This document shows, one piece after another, positions 38,301 to 47,749 of a stretch of DNA of 64,000 bases. The stretch comes from Bacteroidia bacterium (GTDB lineage Bacteria > Bacteroidota > Bacteroidia > NS11-12g > UBA955), in assembly GCA_023653095.1 (NCBI GenBank), contig JAMNXP010000003.1:39503-103502 (forward strand), read 5' to 3'. Each line of letters opens with the position of its first letter. Within the stretch, counting starts at the first letter, position 1. The translations under genes and the position numbers were made by a program. A model generated the notes under the pieces. It was given only the letters and a program-made list of their open reading frames with translations. It did no database searches and was not told where the DNA came from.

Positions 38301-39097
38301 GAAAGGTTCTTTTTGCGCTGCACCCACAATGGACCAGACACAAATCCTTCGACAGTATTATACCCATAAGGATCCAAACCAGTAGAGGTAATTCCTTCAA
38401 AAATAGTAATGAACTTTTCAGTCGCACTTTTAGAAGTGTACGAAAACGCACCTCCTGTTAAGTCACCATACATGGCAGGAATACCGCCAATGTTCACTGA
38501 CAACTGGTCAACTCCCAAATTGGGAACGGCTCCACTACCTATGACACGCATACCATCAACGAATGTTCCGTTACCATCAGCACGTGTACCACGAACCGAA
38601 ATACCTTGACGTGATTCAATGATTGCAGAGTTGGTAGCAGTCAAAGCTCCAATACCACGACGACCACTATTGATCATGGCCTTACCGGAAACGTTGGCCT
38701 CGTTCTTCTCTAACTGAATAACACTTCCTTTAGAACGTGTTACAATATTTACTACAGACATTGAGGTTGTCATTGAAACCTTCAATGGCTCATTCAATCC
38801 CCCAGTCAACTCAACATCTTTGAACGTCTGTGTTGAGAAACCATTTTTTGAAATCTCCACTCTGTAAGATCCTGGATTCAAGGTTTGGAAGATAGCATTA
38901 CCATCGCTATCGGTTGTGTCTGATGCCTTCTCAATGTCGTTCAAAAACATTTTCACTTCCACCCCACTCAACGACTTTCCATCACCATCTTGCGTTTTTA
39001 CGCGGAAGTCAGCATAGTTTGTCTGCCCAAATGCGGTTGTGAAACCCATCAACAACACCGAAAACAATAACAATTTCAGTAGTTTATCCTTCATCAT
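35345..39097 (-). CDS. TonB-dependent-receptor-like giant OM barrel with N-terminal carboxypeptidase-regulatory-like domain
   Basis: Start set at MMKDKLLKLLLFSVLLMGF (signal peptide). A CarboxypepD_reg-like segment (FRVKTQDGDGKSLSGVEVKMF...DSDGNAIFQTLNPGSYRVEISKNGF), a plug-like region, and a long barrel ending in ..TIRLGVRFSLN. Confidence 0.65.
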   Translation of the reverse strand: MMKDKLLKLLLFSVLLMGFTTAFGQTNYADFRVKTQDGDGKSLSGVEVKMFLNDIEKASDTTDSDGNAIFQTLNPGSYRVEISKNGFSTQTFKDVELTGGLNEPLKVSMTTSMSVVNIVTRSKGSVIQLEKNEANVSGKAMINSGRRGIGALTATNSAIIESRQGISVRGTRADGNGTFVDGMRVIGSGAVPNLGVDQLSVNIGGIPAMYGDLTGGAFSYTSKSATEKFITIFEGITSTGLDPYGYNTVEGFVSGPLWVQRKKNLSGKTESLVKLGFTLNGNVGYYADPGPTRTGVYILKEEKLAEIEKNPLVFTPNGFVHAASYLKESDFDLLAARPTSQQYNGNFIGKLEFNPNKYINLTGFASYFYGGGRNATNSIMNYNENGTSDNHTFRSYLQFRQEFKVNKESTIKNAFYTIRAEYQNAWSTNQHREHGRNFFDYGYIGEFKSYPTEFFAYSNYDAQQNPNKEPRVVQDQNGNIVQLRNYWEHVGYTDTLLTFKRSELNPVRANYTQNVFDFYQDRGFNLTNPLQVLMGQGLLNGYQPNNVYSLWATPGTSVGGWGKSSTEKYSLFALGQMQVKPKTVGGRERTPHDLQAGFYYEQNINRGYSLNANGLWILMGQLMNKHITELDVNNPILSYDENGVFTDTVRYNRLVNYAEQSHFDRAFRNRLISQGARDVYGNLVNEQTFINVNSYQPGDFDIKDFNANELLNNGNGYVNYFGYDHLGNIVRGKPSINQFLNDPDRRTIGAFQPIYIAAWLQDQFQFKDLIFRVGLRMERYDANQIVLKDPYSLYPIRTAAEVSNINGLTIDHPTNISEDAYVYVNDMQSPTKIIGYREGDRWYNADGSELKNPELLANQTSNGRIAPYLVDYNKQEVTDKTFVDYTPAVNLLPRIWFSFPLEPRKKTFYVSYDILAQRPNAAGSFVSIDDIYYLRFRQGSTLANGSLNSRLKTDYEVGYKQIFGRKGDKGLELSASYSEIRNDFGLYQINQGYPVTYITYRNIDFATITGFRGNFSIRDIGPLSLSASYMLQFADGTGSNISSQQTLIQSNQPNLRNVIPLGELDIRHNLKVSATWEWGGGRDLNKKNLYKGPVVFGKEIFKFTSFNVIGNTYSGGPYTPTNRPVQIGAVDRAQIKGVPFGARLPWQYNFDINISKAFQLNRGDAKNPLRFTAFLWVNNVLNTWNVLGVFPYTGQPNDDGFLTSPQGQLLIKTQIDAQSYTDLYRLLLNSQTGNWNAPRTIRLGVRFSLN

Positions 39098-39264
39098 ATC
39101 AATTAATTCAACTGTTTGCATTACTCGTGTTTAAAAAGTTACAACACTTTCACGGTTTAATCGGCAAGTTTATCGAAAAATCAAGGATTTATCAAGTTTA
39201 TTTTGATGTACTTTTCTAGAAACGAAAAAATCAAAATTAAAAACTTGCTTATTAAATGTGTCAA

Positions 39265-40200
39265 TTAAATATCAGTCAATATTTTAGACAACAAAACATA
39301 CGAAATATTCTGATAGCTTTCTGCACTCCAACCAGCAACATGTGGCGAAAACATTACATTACAGTTTTTACTTAGTTGATGAAAATACTGTGACAATTCA
39401 TTGTCTGCCTTCAAGGGTGGCTCTTGGGGGTATACATCCAACAATAATCCACCTAATTTACCCGTTGCTAAAAACCCGTATATCGATTGAATATCAAACA
39501 CTTCACCTCTTGATGAATTGATTAATATTACACCTTCTTTACATCCCAAAATAAACTGTTGATCAACCCAATTTCGAGTTAAATCAGTTAGAGGAACATG
39601 GAATGAGATGACATCTGCATGACGAATCAAGTCTGACAATTCAGTCTCCCTAACATACTCATTTCCAAATCCTTTATTGAACCTGTCGTAGGCCAAAACA
39701 TTCACTTCAAAACCTCGCAATTTTCTTGCTATTGCAGAACCCGTATGACCGTAACCAATAATTCCTATCGTCTTGCCTTTCAACTCAAAACCACGGTGCC
39801 CTTCCCTATACCATTTACCAGAAACTACCGAATTGTGTGACAAGATCAATTTGTGTCTAAAGGCTAGTAACATCCCTATCACATGCTCTGCAACAGAATC
39901 GGCATTTGCACCGGCTGCATGAAACAATTTGATGCCTCTTTCACTAGCTGATTTTTCATCGATATTATCTACTCCAGCACCCGCTCTACCAACCCATTTC
40001 AAACTAGAAACTTGATTAAAAAATGAATCGCTTAAATACAGCTTACTTCGCACAATCAAGCCATCCACTTTTAATTCTGCACAACGCGCGCAAACATCAA
40101 TACTAAAAATTTCAGGTTCATAAAATACCTCATGTCCCGCAGCCGCAAGGCCACTTACCAACGATTCATAAACGTCATCGATGATAAGTACTCGAGCCAT
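39265..40200 (-). CDS. D-isomer-specific 2-hydroxyacid dehydrogenase (NAD-binding)
   Basis: 311 aa. GIIGYGHTGSAIARKL Rossmann motif, plus SRG and PHVAGWS motifs. Its ATG overlaps the accC stop (TAATG). Confidence 0.8.
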   Translation of the reverse strand: MARVLIIDDVYESLVSGLAAAGHEVFYEPEIFSIDVCARCAELKVDGLIVRSKLYLSDSFFNQVSSLKWVGRAGAGVDNIDEKSASERGIKLFHAAGANADSVAEHVIGMLLAFRHKLILSHNSVVSGKWYREGHRGFELKGKTIGIIGYGHTGSAIARKLRGFEVNVLAYDRFNKGFGNEYVRETELSDLIRHADVISFHVPLTDLTRNWVDQQFILGCKEGVILINSSRGEVFDIQSIYGFLATGKLGGLLLDVYPQEPPLKADNELSQYFHQLSKNCNVMFSPHVAGWSAESYQNISYVLLSKILTDI

Positions 40201-41765
40201 TATCTAAGATTTTTACGATTTCGTACCCAATCAGATGACCCATTCGTAACTCCAGATCCTGATCCTGATCCTGACCCACTTGCAGAAGTTGAACTTGAAT
40301 CAGCAATCGAACCAGAAGTCAAAGCATCCCCCGAAAGGGAAAAACCTTTTCTATTTTCCCAGAAATAAGCGGCAGCCGAGGTTAAATCCAACAAACCTTC
40401 GCCCACTAAACTGGCTTCGGCATCGGGTTGAAAATAATTCTGAATGAAATGCGTGTTAAAATCGCCCTCAATAAATTTGGGGTGATTCATCACAAATGTT
40501 CCAAACGGCAATGTAGTCTGAATTCCTGTAATGATATACTCTTCAATGGCGCGTTTCATTCTTTCAATGGCTTCTTGACGGGTGGGCGCCCAAACTACCA
40601 ACTTAGACAACATATTATCATAATAAATGGGAATCTCCAAGTGGGGCTCCATACAGTCATCAATACGAATTCCGGGACCTGCGGGAATCACATACGTTTT
40701 CACCGTACCTATATTGGGTAAAAATTGTTGGTATGGATCTTCGGCACACACCCTCAATTCTAAAGAATGTCCATTGATGGTCAAATCTTCTTGTTTAAAG
40801 GGCAATTTCTCGCCTTGGGCCACTTGAATTTGGAGCTTGACCAAATCCAAACCGGTGATCATTTCAGTAACGGGATGTTCCACTTGCAAGCGGGTGTTCA
40901 TTTCTAGGAAATAAAATTCTTCACCATCGCCCAATAGAAATTCAACGGTGCCCGCACCCGAATAATTGCACGCCTTTGCTACGTTTACTGCGGCATCACC
41001 CATTTTATGACGCATTTCATTAGTCAACACGGCACTTGGTGCCTCTTCAACTAACTTTTGGTGTCTCCGTTGGATGCTGCACTCTCTTTCAAATAAATGC
41101 ACCACATTACCGTGATTATCGGCTAATATTTGAAACTCAATATGCCTTGGATTACCAACATATTTTTCAATAAATACGCTGTCATCACCAAAGGCATTTC
41201 TCGCCTCATTCTGAGCGGTTACCAATGAAGACAAAAACTCACTTTCTTCGTAAACCACGCGCATTCCTTTTCCTCCACCTCCAGCAGAAGCTTTGATTAA
41301 CACCGGAAACCCAACCTTTATAGCCACTTGCAATGCCGCATCTACATCTTTAATAGCTTCGTTTATACCAGGAACCAAAGGAACGCCGTACTTCTCTACT
41401 GCCTGCTTAGACGCAATTTTACTGCCCATCATTTCCATAGCTTCGGCCGTGGGCCCAATTAAAATAAGTCCCTCTTCTTTCAATCTTCTAGCAAAAACAG
41501 CATTCTCCGATAAAAAACCATAACCCGGATGAACTGCTTGTACACCAGTTGATTTGCACAAATCAATGATGGTTTCCATTTTCAAATAGCTCTCGCTGCT
41601 GGGCCCAGCACCAATACAATAAGCTTCATCAGCAAAACGCACGTGCCTCGCCAATTGGTCTGCCTCACTGTAAACAGCCACTGTTTTAATACCCATTTCT
41701 TTGCAGGTACGCATCACTCTGAGAGCAATTTCGCCGCGATTCGCTATAAGAACTTTAGAAATCAT
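40200..41765 (-). CDS. accC: acetyl-CoA carboxylase biotin carboxylase subunit with unusual ~70-aa low-complexity C-terminal extension
   Basis: Start set at MISKVLIANRGEIALRVMRTCKEMGI. GGGGKGMRVV and EMNTRLQVEHPVTE motifs. The tail is ..SSSTSASGSGSGSGSGVTNGSSDWVRNRKNLR. Confidence 0.85.
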   Translation of the reverse strand: MISKVLIANRGEIALRVMRTCKEMGIKTVAVYSEADQLARHVRFADEAYCIGAGPSSESYLKMETIIDLCKSTGVQAVHPGYGFLSENAVFARRLKEEGLILIGPTAEAMEMMGSKIASKQAVEKYGVPLVPGINEAIKDVDAALQVAIKVGFPVLIKASAGGGGKGMRVVYEESEFLSSLVTAQNEARNAFGDDSVFIEKYVGNPRHIEFQILADNHGNVVHLFERECSIQRRHQKLVEEAPSAVLTNEMRHKMGDAAVNVAKACNYSGAGTVEFLLGDGEEFYFLEMNTRLQVEHPVTEMITGLDLVKLQIQVAQGEKLPFKQEDLTINGHSLELRVCAEDPYQQFLPNIGTVKTYVIPAGPGIRIDDCMEPHLEIPIYYDNMLSKLVVWAPTRQEAIERMKRAIEEYIITGIQTTLPFGTFVMNHPKFIEGDFNTHFIQNYFQPDAEASLVGEGLLDLTSAAAYFWENRKGFSLSGDALTSGSIADSSSTSASGSGSGSGSGVTNGSSDWVRNRKNLR

Positions 41766-41799
41766 AAAATATAGATTTACCTTCGCGAAGGTAATTAAG

Positions 41800-42459
41800 A
41801 TGAAGAGTATTGCCAAGGTATATTCGCTGATTCGATTTGAGCTAAAGCTCGACGCGAAAAAACCCGGAGTCATTGCCTCCGCAATACTTCAATTGTTCAT
41901 CACCGCCCTACTGAGCATGCTCAGCCAACCAAAAATCAATGCCTCCACTTGGAACACCCTATTTTGGATAACCCTTGTGCTTGGAAGCATTAACGCCGTC
42001 TCCAAAAACTTTACCCTTATTTCAAAAGGCCGTTGGCTATACTTAAACCAGCTTTCTGCGCCCCTTGAAATGCTATGGTCTAAAATCATTTACGGATGGT
42101 TGAACATGATTTTCCTTACCATCGTAAACATGCTCATGTTTGCCTTTTTCATGGGTGTTCCCGTTGAACACGTTCTCCCTTATACCCTATTATTGATCTT
42201 GGTTACCGGGGGAATTTCATCTGTTTTCACCTTCATCGGCGCAGTAGCTACCAAGGCAGAAGGCTCAGGATTTCTGGCACCCGTTTTGAGCCTGCCCATT
42301 GTTCTACCCTTTTTATTGGTGGGCATTAAAGCTTCTTCAAAAGCCTTTAACCCCATTTTGGTGAGCTCGTTCAATACAGATGCCTTACTAGTCTTTTCTC
42401 TTGACGTTCTGGTATTGGTATTGATCTCTGTATTGTTTACTTCCCTCTGGAAGGATTAG
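41800..42459 (+). CDS. multi-pass membrane protein, tentatively CcmB-like ABC permease
   Basis: Start set at MKSIAKVYSLIRFELKLD. It is ~219 aa with ~6 hydrophobic segments. The resemblance to heme exporter CcmB is from memory only, and no ccmA/ccmC genes are nearby. Confidence 0.35.
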   Translation: MKSIAKVYSLIRFELKLDAKKPGVIASAILQLFITALLSMLSQPKINASTWNTLFWITLVLGSINAVSKNFTLISKGRWLYLNQLSAPLEMLWSKIIYGWLNMIFLTIVNMLMFAFFMGVPVEHVLPYTLLLILVTGGISSVFTFIGAVATKAEGSGFLAPVLSLPIVLPFLLVGIKASSKAFNPILVSSFNTDALLVFSLDVLVLVLISVLFTSLWKD

Positions 42460-44563
42460 TTTTTTTCTTAGCATCTGAGCTAGCTGCTTTCTTCACCACC
42501 GGTTTTTCACCGTAACTGCACCACTGAAACAAAACTTCAGCAGCAACATCTAACGTGGCATCCGTTTTATAGCCTTTAAACCAAACCGTTCTTTGTGTGG
42601 TTTTAGTTGAATCGCCCGAAACTTCAGCCAAATCTGTAGGCAATGCATACAAAGTATCGCTCTTACCAACATATTTGTTGTCGCGGAAGGCCTTGTCTTG
42701 CTTTTTCAAGAACTCTTGTTGCTCCTTGTACGATGCCAAATCCAACTTATAAATAGTTGATTTTCTAGATTCGCCAATTTCTTTCGAACGCTTTTCAACC
42801 ACTTTAAAATATGGCTCCTTCGATACCATTTGCTTACCTACCGCTGCAGCTAATTTATATCTTTGGGTTTCATAATTGTCGTACTTAGCCGCCGGAATTT
42901 GATCAAAATCCAAATGAAAATCCAACTCCTTCTCACCTCTTTCCACCAAATCATAAGGATCAGGAACAATTACATCTGGAATTACACCGTGCAATTGGGT
43001 GGTACCGCCATTTATTCTGTAAAACTTCTGGATAGTCACTTTAACTTCGCCAAATCCACGAGGGAAAACCGCCGTTTTCTCTCCCCTTAGTGGTACCATT
43101 GTTTGAACTGTTCCTTTACCAAAGGTACTCTTGCTTCCAATAATCACAGCCCTTTTATAATCTTGCAAAGCTGCGGCCAAAATTTCTGACGCAGAAGCAC
43201 TGTAGGTATTCGTCAAAACCACTAAAGGACCTTTATACTGTTGATTAGGGTCTGGATCTTCGGCTTGTTGAATTCTTTCTTGAGGATCTTTGACTTGAAC
43301 CACTGGACCATTTTTAACGAACAGACCGCTCATTTCAATGGCATCTGCCAAACTTCCGCCACCGTTGTTTCTCAGATCCAAAACGATACCGTCTACATTC
43401 AACTTTTTCAATTTTTCGATCTCGTTATGAACATCTCCGGCACAATTTCTGCCTCTTCCACGAGCAGCAAAATCTGCATAAAAACTGGGCAATTGTATCA
43501 TACCAAACTTCTTAGATTGATATTCAAACACAAAACTACGTGCGTAACTTTCTTCTATAACTACTACATCTCTAATGATAGGGATGATTTTAATTTGTCC
43601 GTCTGGTTTTTTCACTGTCAATTTAACAACGGTACCTTTTTTACCTCTGATCAACTGAATGGCGTCATCTAACTTCATGTCAACCACATCAACAGCTTCT
43701 TCATCGGCTTGAGCCACCTTTAATATTAGGTCACCCGCCTTTAGATCACCCTGCTTATAGCTCGCTGAACCTGGAACAATTCGCTCCACTTTAATGTAGC
43801 CATCACGCTCACTCAAGGTTGCTCCAATTCCCTCCAATTTTCCTGTCATGGAAATATCAAAGTTGTCTTTATCTGCAGGTGGGAAATAATTGGTATGCGG
43901 ATCATAGATCTCTGCTAATGTGTTACCGTAAAAAGATATTTGATCTGCACGATCCATTTTTCTCCATCTTTTAAACCAATCTTGAACCAACTTTACTGTT
44001 TCATTTCTAGACTTCAACTCAAGGGTATCATAAGACTTCGTGGAATCATTTTCCATCTTGCGATACAAACGATCTACCGTTTGAAAACGCGACCATTTAG
44101 ACCATTTTTCTTTCAGTTCAGCATCCGTCTTTGACCAATTTTCCTCTTTCTCTTTCACTTCGTAACTTACCTTCTCTTGATAATTCAACGGCTTTGACAA
44201 ATCAGCAACCACCCATGGTTCAATTTGATCTAATCTCTTCATCATGACTGACCAAACAGTATCAAAGAAATCAAATCTTCCAGCAGAAATTTGATCGTCA
44301 ATGGATGTTTTGTAGACTTCAAAACGTTTGATGTCTTGTACGGTAAAAAACTGCTTATCTCCATCTACCCGATCAAGTACATTCTGGTACATCAACAACG
44401 AAAACTTATCATCCATCTTACGAGGCTGATAATGCTGACTATTTAAAGTGTAGACCAACCGCTTCAAAAGAGGTTCTTCGCCGTTAAAAGGTTTATTAGA
44501 ACAAAAGCTGAGTACAACAATCGTCGCCGCAATGCTGCTCAATGAAATCCACTTTCTCATCAT
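42437..44563 (-). CDS. carboxy-terminal processing (S41, tail-specific) peptidase
   Basis: 708 aa with a signal/lipobox-like N-terminus, a PDZ-like segment (GDLKAGDLILKV), LDLRNNGGGSL, and the catalytic region TNTYSASASEILA. Confidence 0.8.
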   Translation of the reverse strand: MMRKWISLSSIAATIVVLSFCSNKPFNGEEPLLKRLVYTLNSQHYQPRKMDDKFSLLMYQNVLDRVDGDKQFFTVQDIKRFEVYKTSIDDQISAGRFDFFDTVWSVMMKRLDQIEPWVVADLSKPLNYQEKVSYEVKEKEENWSKTDAELKEKWSKWSRFQTVDRLYRKMENDSTKSYDTLELKSRNETVKLVQDWFKRWRKMDRADQISFYGNTLAEIYDPHTNYFPPADKDNFDISMTGKLEGIGATLSERDGYIKVERIVPGSASYKQGDLKAGDLILKVAQADEEAVDVVDMKLDDAIQLIRGKKGTVVKLTVKKPDGQIKIIPIIRDVVVIEESYARSFVFEYQSKKFGMIQLPSFYADFAARGRGRNCAGDVHNEIEKLKKLNVDGIVLDLRNNGGGSLADAIEMSGLFVKNGPVVQVKDPQERIQQAEDPDPNQQYKGPLVVLTNTYSASASEILAAALQDYKRAVIIGSKSTFGKGTVQTMVPLRGEKTAVFPRGFGEVKVTIQKFYRINGGTTQLHGVIPDVIVPDPYDLVERGEKELDFHLDFDQIPAAKYDNYETQRYKLAAAVGKQMVSKEPYFKVVEKRSKEIGESRKSTIYKLDLASYKEQQEFLKKQDKAFRDNKYVGKSDTLYALPTDLAEVSGDSTKTTQRTVWFKGYKTDATLDVAAEVLFQWCSYGEKPVVKKAASSDAKKKTNPSRGK

Positions 44564-44566
44564 AAA

Positions 44567-46393
44567 TTATTTCGCATCAAATCTTTGCAATCCCAAAGTA
44601 TTAATTCCCTGATCAAAAATCAAATCAACAGGAATATTTGCAGTACTCAATACTTGCAAATCTGTTTTCAAATCGGCTGGTACAATACCTCTATCAGCCA
44701 ACATTTTTTGTACCCCCGTTAAGTCACCATTGCCTTGCAGCTGTAAAAGTTCTGAAGCCAATTTCTCAATAGCCAACTTCATAGCATTTACGTCAACTTC
44801 GTAACCCTTGTTTGATTTTTTCACGCATCCGTTTCTCATGAGGGTATTGAAGGTGATCATGTTGGCTTTTCCGTGTGCACTTGACGCTCCAAATCTTACA
44901 GATCTGAAAACTGAAGCAACAAAAGTTACATAATAATCATCCAATTTTCCTGGCAATTCCCCTTTTTCAAATAGTTTGGTTACCATATACAACCCCAAAA
45001 CATCGGCTTTACACTCTTCAATAGCTGAATAAGTGGCACCCAATGCCTCTCTAACCGTTTTTTCTGGTTGATTTACCAAGTTCTTTACACCCAAACCGTG
45101 AGCGACTTCATGGAACATCACGTTATTGAAAAACGCATCAAACTTGATGTTCTTACGTTGATTTGCAACAATTAATTTCTCTGAAATAGGCACTACAATT
45201 TCTTCGAATTTGGCCTTCATAGTATTCTTTAATTGAGATCTACGCGTGCCAAAATATTGTTGTAAAACCTCATCATTAGGCAAGTTAACCGCAATGGTCT
45301 TACTTCCTGCATTGCAATCTCCACCGTAATACACTACATCAAAGACAGCCAGTGAACTCAATGGCTTGGAAGGTTTTTCTAACGGAGGATATCCAGGAAT
45401 TTCGATGACGTTTGGCCCTTGATTCATCATATCTTCACCGTTCTCATTTCCAGATGCAGCATTGGCACTTTTATCGTCTCCCAACAAAGGCTTGAACGGA
45501 GCATCAACAGGTAAACCTGCTTGAAGTTCAGGTAAATATCCAATGAGTCTATCCAATCTTGCGCCCCATTCGCGATCTCTAACCAATACGTAAGCCTCAA
45601 AAGAGGTCTTTGCACCAGCTAATTTATCTTCATAATTCTCAATGGGGCCAATAACAATATCCAAATGCGATTTCAACGCCAACCACTCAGCATCTGATCT
45701 AAGGTAATCATTCGTCATTACTGCCTGTGCACGACCCTTCAAATAAACTGCAAACGCAGAATCCTCTTTTTCAATGTACACAGCCGCTTTCTCCAATTCC
45801 TCCATGATTGCAATGCACTCTTTCTGATATTCAACACTGAAATCACCTATTTCAACTTCCTTTCCATTTTTTAATGGAAACTTTTCCATCGGAGGAGGCA
45901 TGTTTTGAGGATCTTTCTTCATCAATTCCTGCATTTCTTGCATGGTTCTAGCATTTTTAACCACGGTGTAAGGCGACAACACTCTAAACTTTACACCCTC
46001 ATCTACCTGAGAGACATCAAATCCCTCGGGATAAAAATTAACACCCACAGGTTTAACTCCCGCCCCTTTTAAAAACGGAGCATCATCATTGAGTCGGTCC
46101 CAAGGTCCATAATTAATCTCCATGAATTTCTTCAAATCGGGATCTTTAATTCCAGCCAAGGCTTTTGATTTTTCCATGTAAGTCTGCTTCCAAAAAACTT
46201 CATCTGCCTTTTGAGCGGCTCTGATTAGGTGAACCAAACATTTTTTCTCAGCCCAGGTCAAGAGATTGGTATCGGTTTCAAGTTTTATTTCCTTGTAAAC
46301 AGATAGTCTTTGTTTTAAGGGATAATCTTTCGCCACAGTTTGTGCACCAAGCGAAGCGGAAATCCCCATAAATATAACAGCAAGTATTCTCAT
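44567..46393 (-). CDS. secreted Zn-metallopeptidase, dipeptidyl-peptidase-3 (M49)-like
   Basis: 608 aa with a signal peptide. FHEVAHGLG followed by IEECKADVLG resembles the M49 HExxGH / EECRAE motif pair. Confidence 0.5.
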   Translation of the reverse strand: MRILAVIFMGISASLGAQTVAKDYPLKQRLSVYKEIKLETDTNLLTWAEKKCLVHLIRAAQKADEVFWKQTYMEKSKALAGIKDPDLKKFMEINYGPWDRLNDDAPFLKGAGVKPVGVNFYPEGFDVSQVDEGVKFRVLSPYTVVKNARTMQEMQELMKKDPQNMPPPMEKFPLKNGKEVEIGDFSVEYQKECIAIMEELEKAAVYIEKEDSAFAVYLKGRAQAVMTNDYLRSDAEWLALKSHLDIVIGPIENYEDKLAGAKTSFEAYVLVRDREWGARLDRLIGYLPELQAGLPVDAPFKPLLGDDKSANAASGNENGEDMMNQGPNVIEIPGYPPLEKPSKPLSSLAVFDVVYYGGDCNAGSKTIAVNLPNDEVLQQYFGTRRSQLKNTMKAKFEEIVVPISEKLIVANQRKNIKFDAFFNNVMFHEVAHGLGVKNLVNQPEKTVREALGATYSAIEECKADVLGLYMVTKLFEKGELPGKLDDYYVTFVASVFRSVRFGASSAHGKANMITFNTLMRNGCVKKSNKGYEVDVNAMKLAIEKLASELLQLQGNGDLTGVQKMLADRGIVPADLKTDLQVLSTANIPVDLIFDQGINTLGLQRFDAK

Positions 46394-46459
46394 TCTTTGA
46401 ATTTTTCGTAAATCACAAAGTTAACCGATGGGCGCATTAAAAAAAATCCATCCATTGAA

Positions 46460-47539
46460 TTGCTGAAAATTAACGATGAAAATATCAAACCGAACGATTT
46501 TCACCACAAGAAGACAAAAATAATTTGCAACTTCGCACCCTTGAAAAACGCTGCTCAACTTTCAGAAAACCTCCAAAACAAACTCTTCTCAGGCCTGTCA
46601 AATCAAGCCGGAAAAGTACAAGTAGGTGAGCATCAATATCCCATGAGTATCATGGAACTCAACCACCCCACCGGAAAATACGTCAACAAAATACTCATAT
46701 CCATTTTCAATGCATTTTCTAGAAAAGGGGTGATTCAAACCGTTGGAAATGCATGCGCACCCGGACTAATCTTTCCGGAGCTTGTGCCAAACGTCGGTAT
46801 CAATCAGTTTAATTCTGCCCAAAATAAATGCCCCATCATTTCAGTGAATATTCTCGGCTCTGAGCAATTCCCAGATTCTGTTACGGTTCAAGCTGAGCCT
46901 TTCATGGTGTTAAATCTCAATCCCCTTTGGACAAACACCAAAGAATATCTTGCAGAAATGAGTTCCAAATACAGAGTTCGAGCGCAAAAAGTGCTATCTG
47001 TAAGCGGTGAATTGACTAAAACCAAATTATCAGATTTACCTTCCAATGAATGGATTGCTCCATGTTCAGCTCTTCTTTATCAATCGCTGCAGGATAAAAC
47101 CATTGCTATCGGTAAAAATCTGGCTGATCTCCTGCATTGTTATGCAAAAAGCATAGGCACTAAATTCCATGTTTTCGGTTATCACCTTAACGGCGAATTG
47201 GTGGGTTTCATATCATGTATCACTGACGAAAACAACCTTTTTGCTATGCATTTAGGCATGAAAAAAGGTCTAAACGAAGACTTAAAATTGTATCAACGAA
47301 TGCTCTTCGATTTGGTTGAATTTGGAATTGAAAACCAAGCAGAAAGCATCAACTTCGGTAGAACCGGCACTGAAATCAAGAGCTGTTTAGGTGCTCAACC
47401 CGTTGAAAATTCTTTTGTGGTTTTCACCCGCTCTAAGTTCTTGCTGTCACTCTTTAGAATTTATTTAAAATACTTCCGAAGCTCAAAATCATACATCATT
47501 CGCGAACCGTTTAAGTCGAAATCCAAAGAATTGGTTTAA
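46460..47539 (+). CDS. hypothetical protein, possibly GNAT/FemAB-like acyltransferase (start uncertain; the track start is TTG)
   Basis: 359 aa from the TTG. The first in-frame ATG gives MSIMELNH.. (~298 aa). The C-terminal half (..FHVFGYHLNGELVGFISC...INFGRTGTEIKSCLGA) weakly resembles GNAT-fold proteins. Confidence 0.35.
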   Translation: MLKINDENIKPNDFHHKKTKIICNFAPLKNAAQLSENLQNKLFSGLSNQAGKVQVGEHQYPMSIMELNHPTGKYVNKILISIFNAFSRKGVIQTVGNACAPGLIFPELVPNVGINQFNSAQNKCPIISVNILGSEQFPDSVTVQAEPFMVLNLNPLWTNTKEYLAEMSSKYRVRAQKVLSVSGELTKTKLSDLPSNEWIAPCSALLYQSLQDKTIAIGKNLADLLHCYAKSIGTKFHVFGYHLNGELVGFISCITDENNLFAMHLGMKKGLNEDLKLYQRMLFDLVEFGIENQAESINFGRTGTEIKSCLGAQPVENSFVVFTRSKFLLSLFRIYLKYFRSSKSYIIREPFKSKSKELV

Positions 47540-47749
47540 ATTCGACCCATGAAGTGTTTACATTTTTGTGAGCATGCCTTATTTTCATTACAAGTCCATT
47601 TCTGTGATGATTCACCAAGACGGCATAAAATAATTGTGACCATAAAATCAATTATTTATTAACTGTTAACAATTGATTAACAACACAATATCATACATTT
47701 CAAACTTTAGTAATACCCAATTTTAAGTAGAGTGCTTTTTTCGAGGAGC

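Noticed and set aside
40132-40368. Plus-strand 78-aa ORF with a DPDPDPDP repeat
   Set aside because: It is the antisense reading of the GATCCT hexamer repeat that encodes the Ser/Gly tail of accC.
47548-47661. 37-codon Cys/His-rich small ORF (MKCLHFCEHALFSLQVHFCDD...) in the 190-nt spacer before the lpxH-like gene
   Set aside because: There is no supporting signal such as a promoter box, conservation or coupling. ORFs of this length arise by chance in AT-rich DNA. It is worth only a conservation check.
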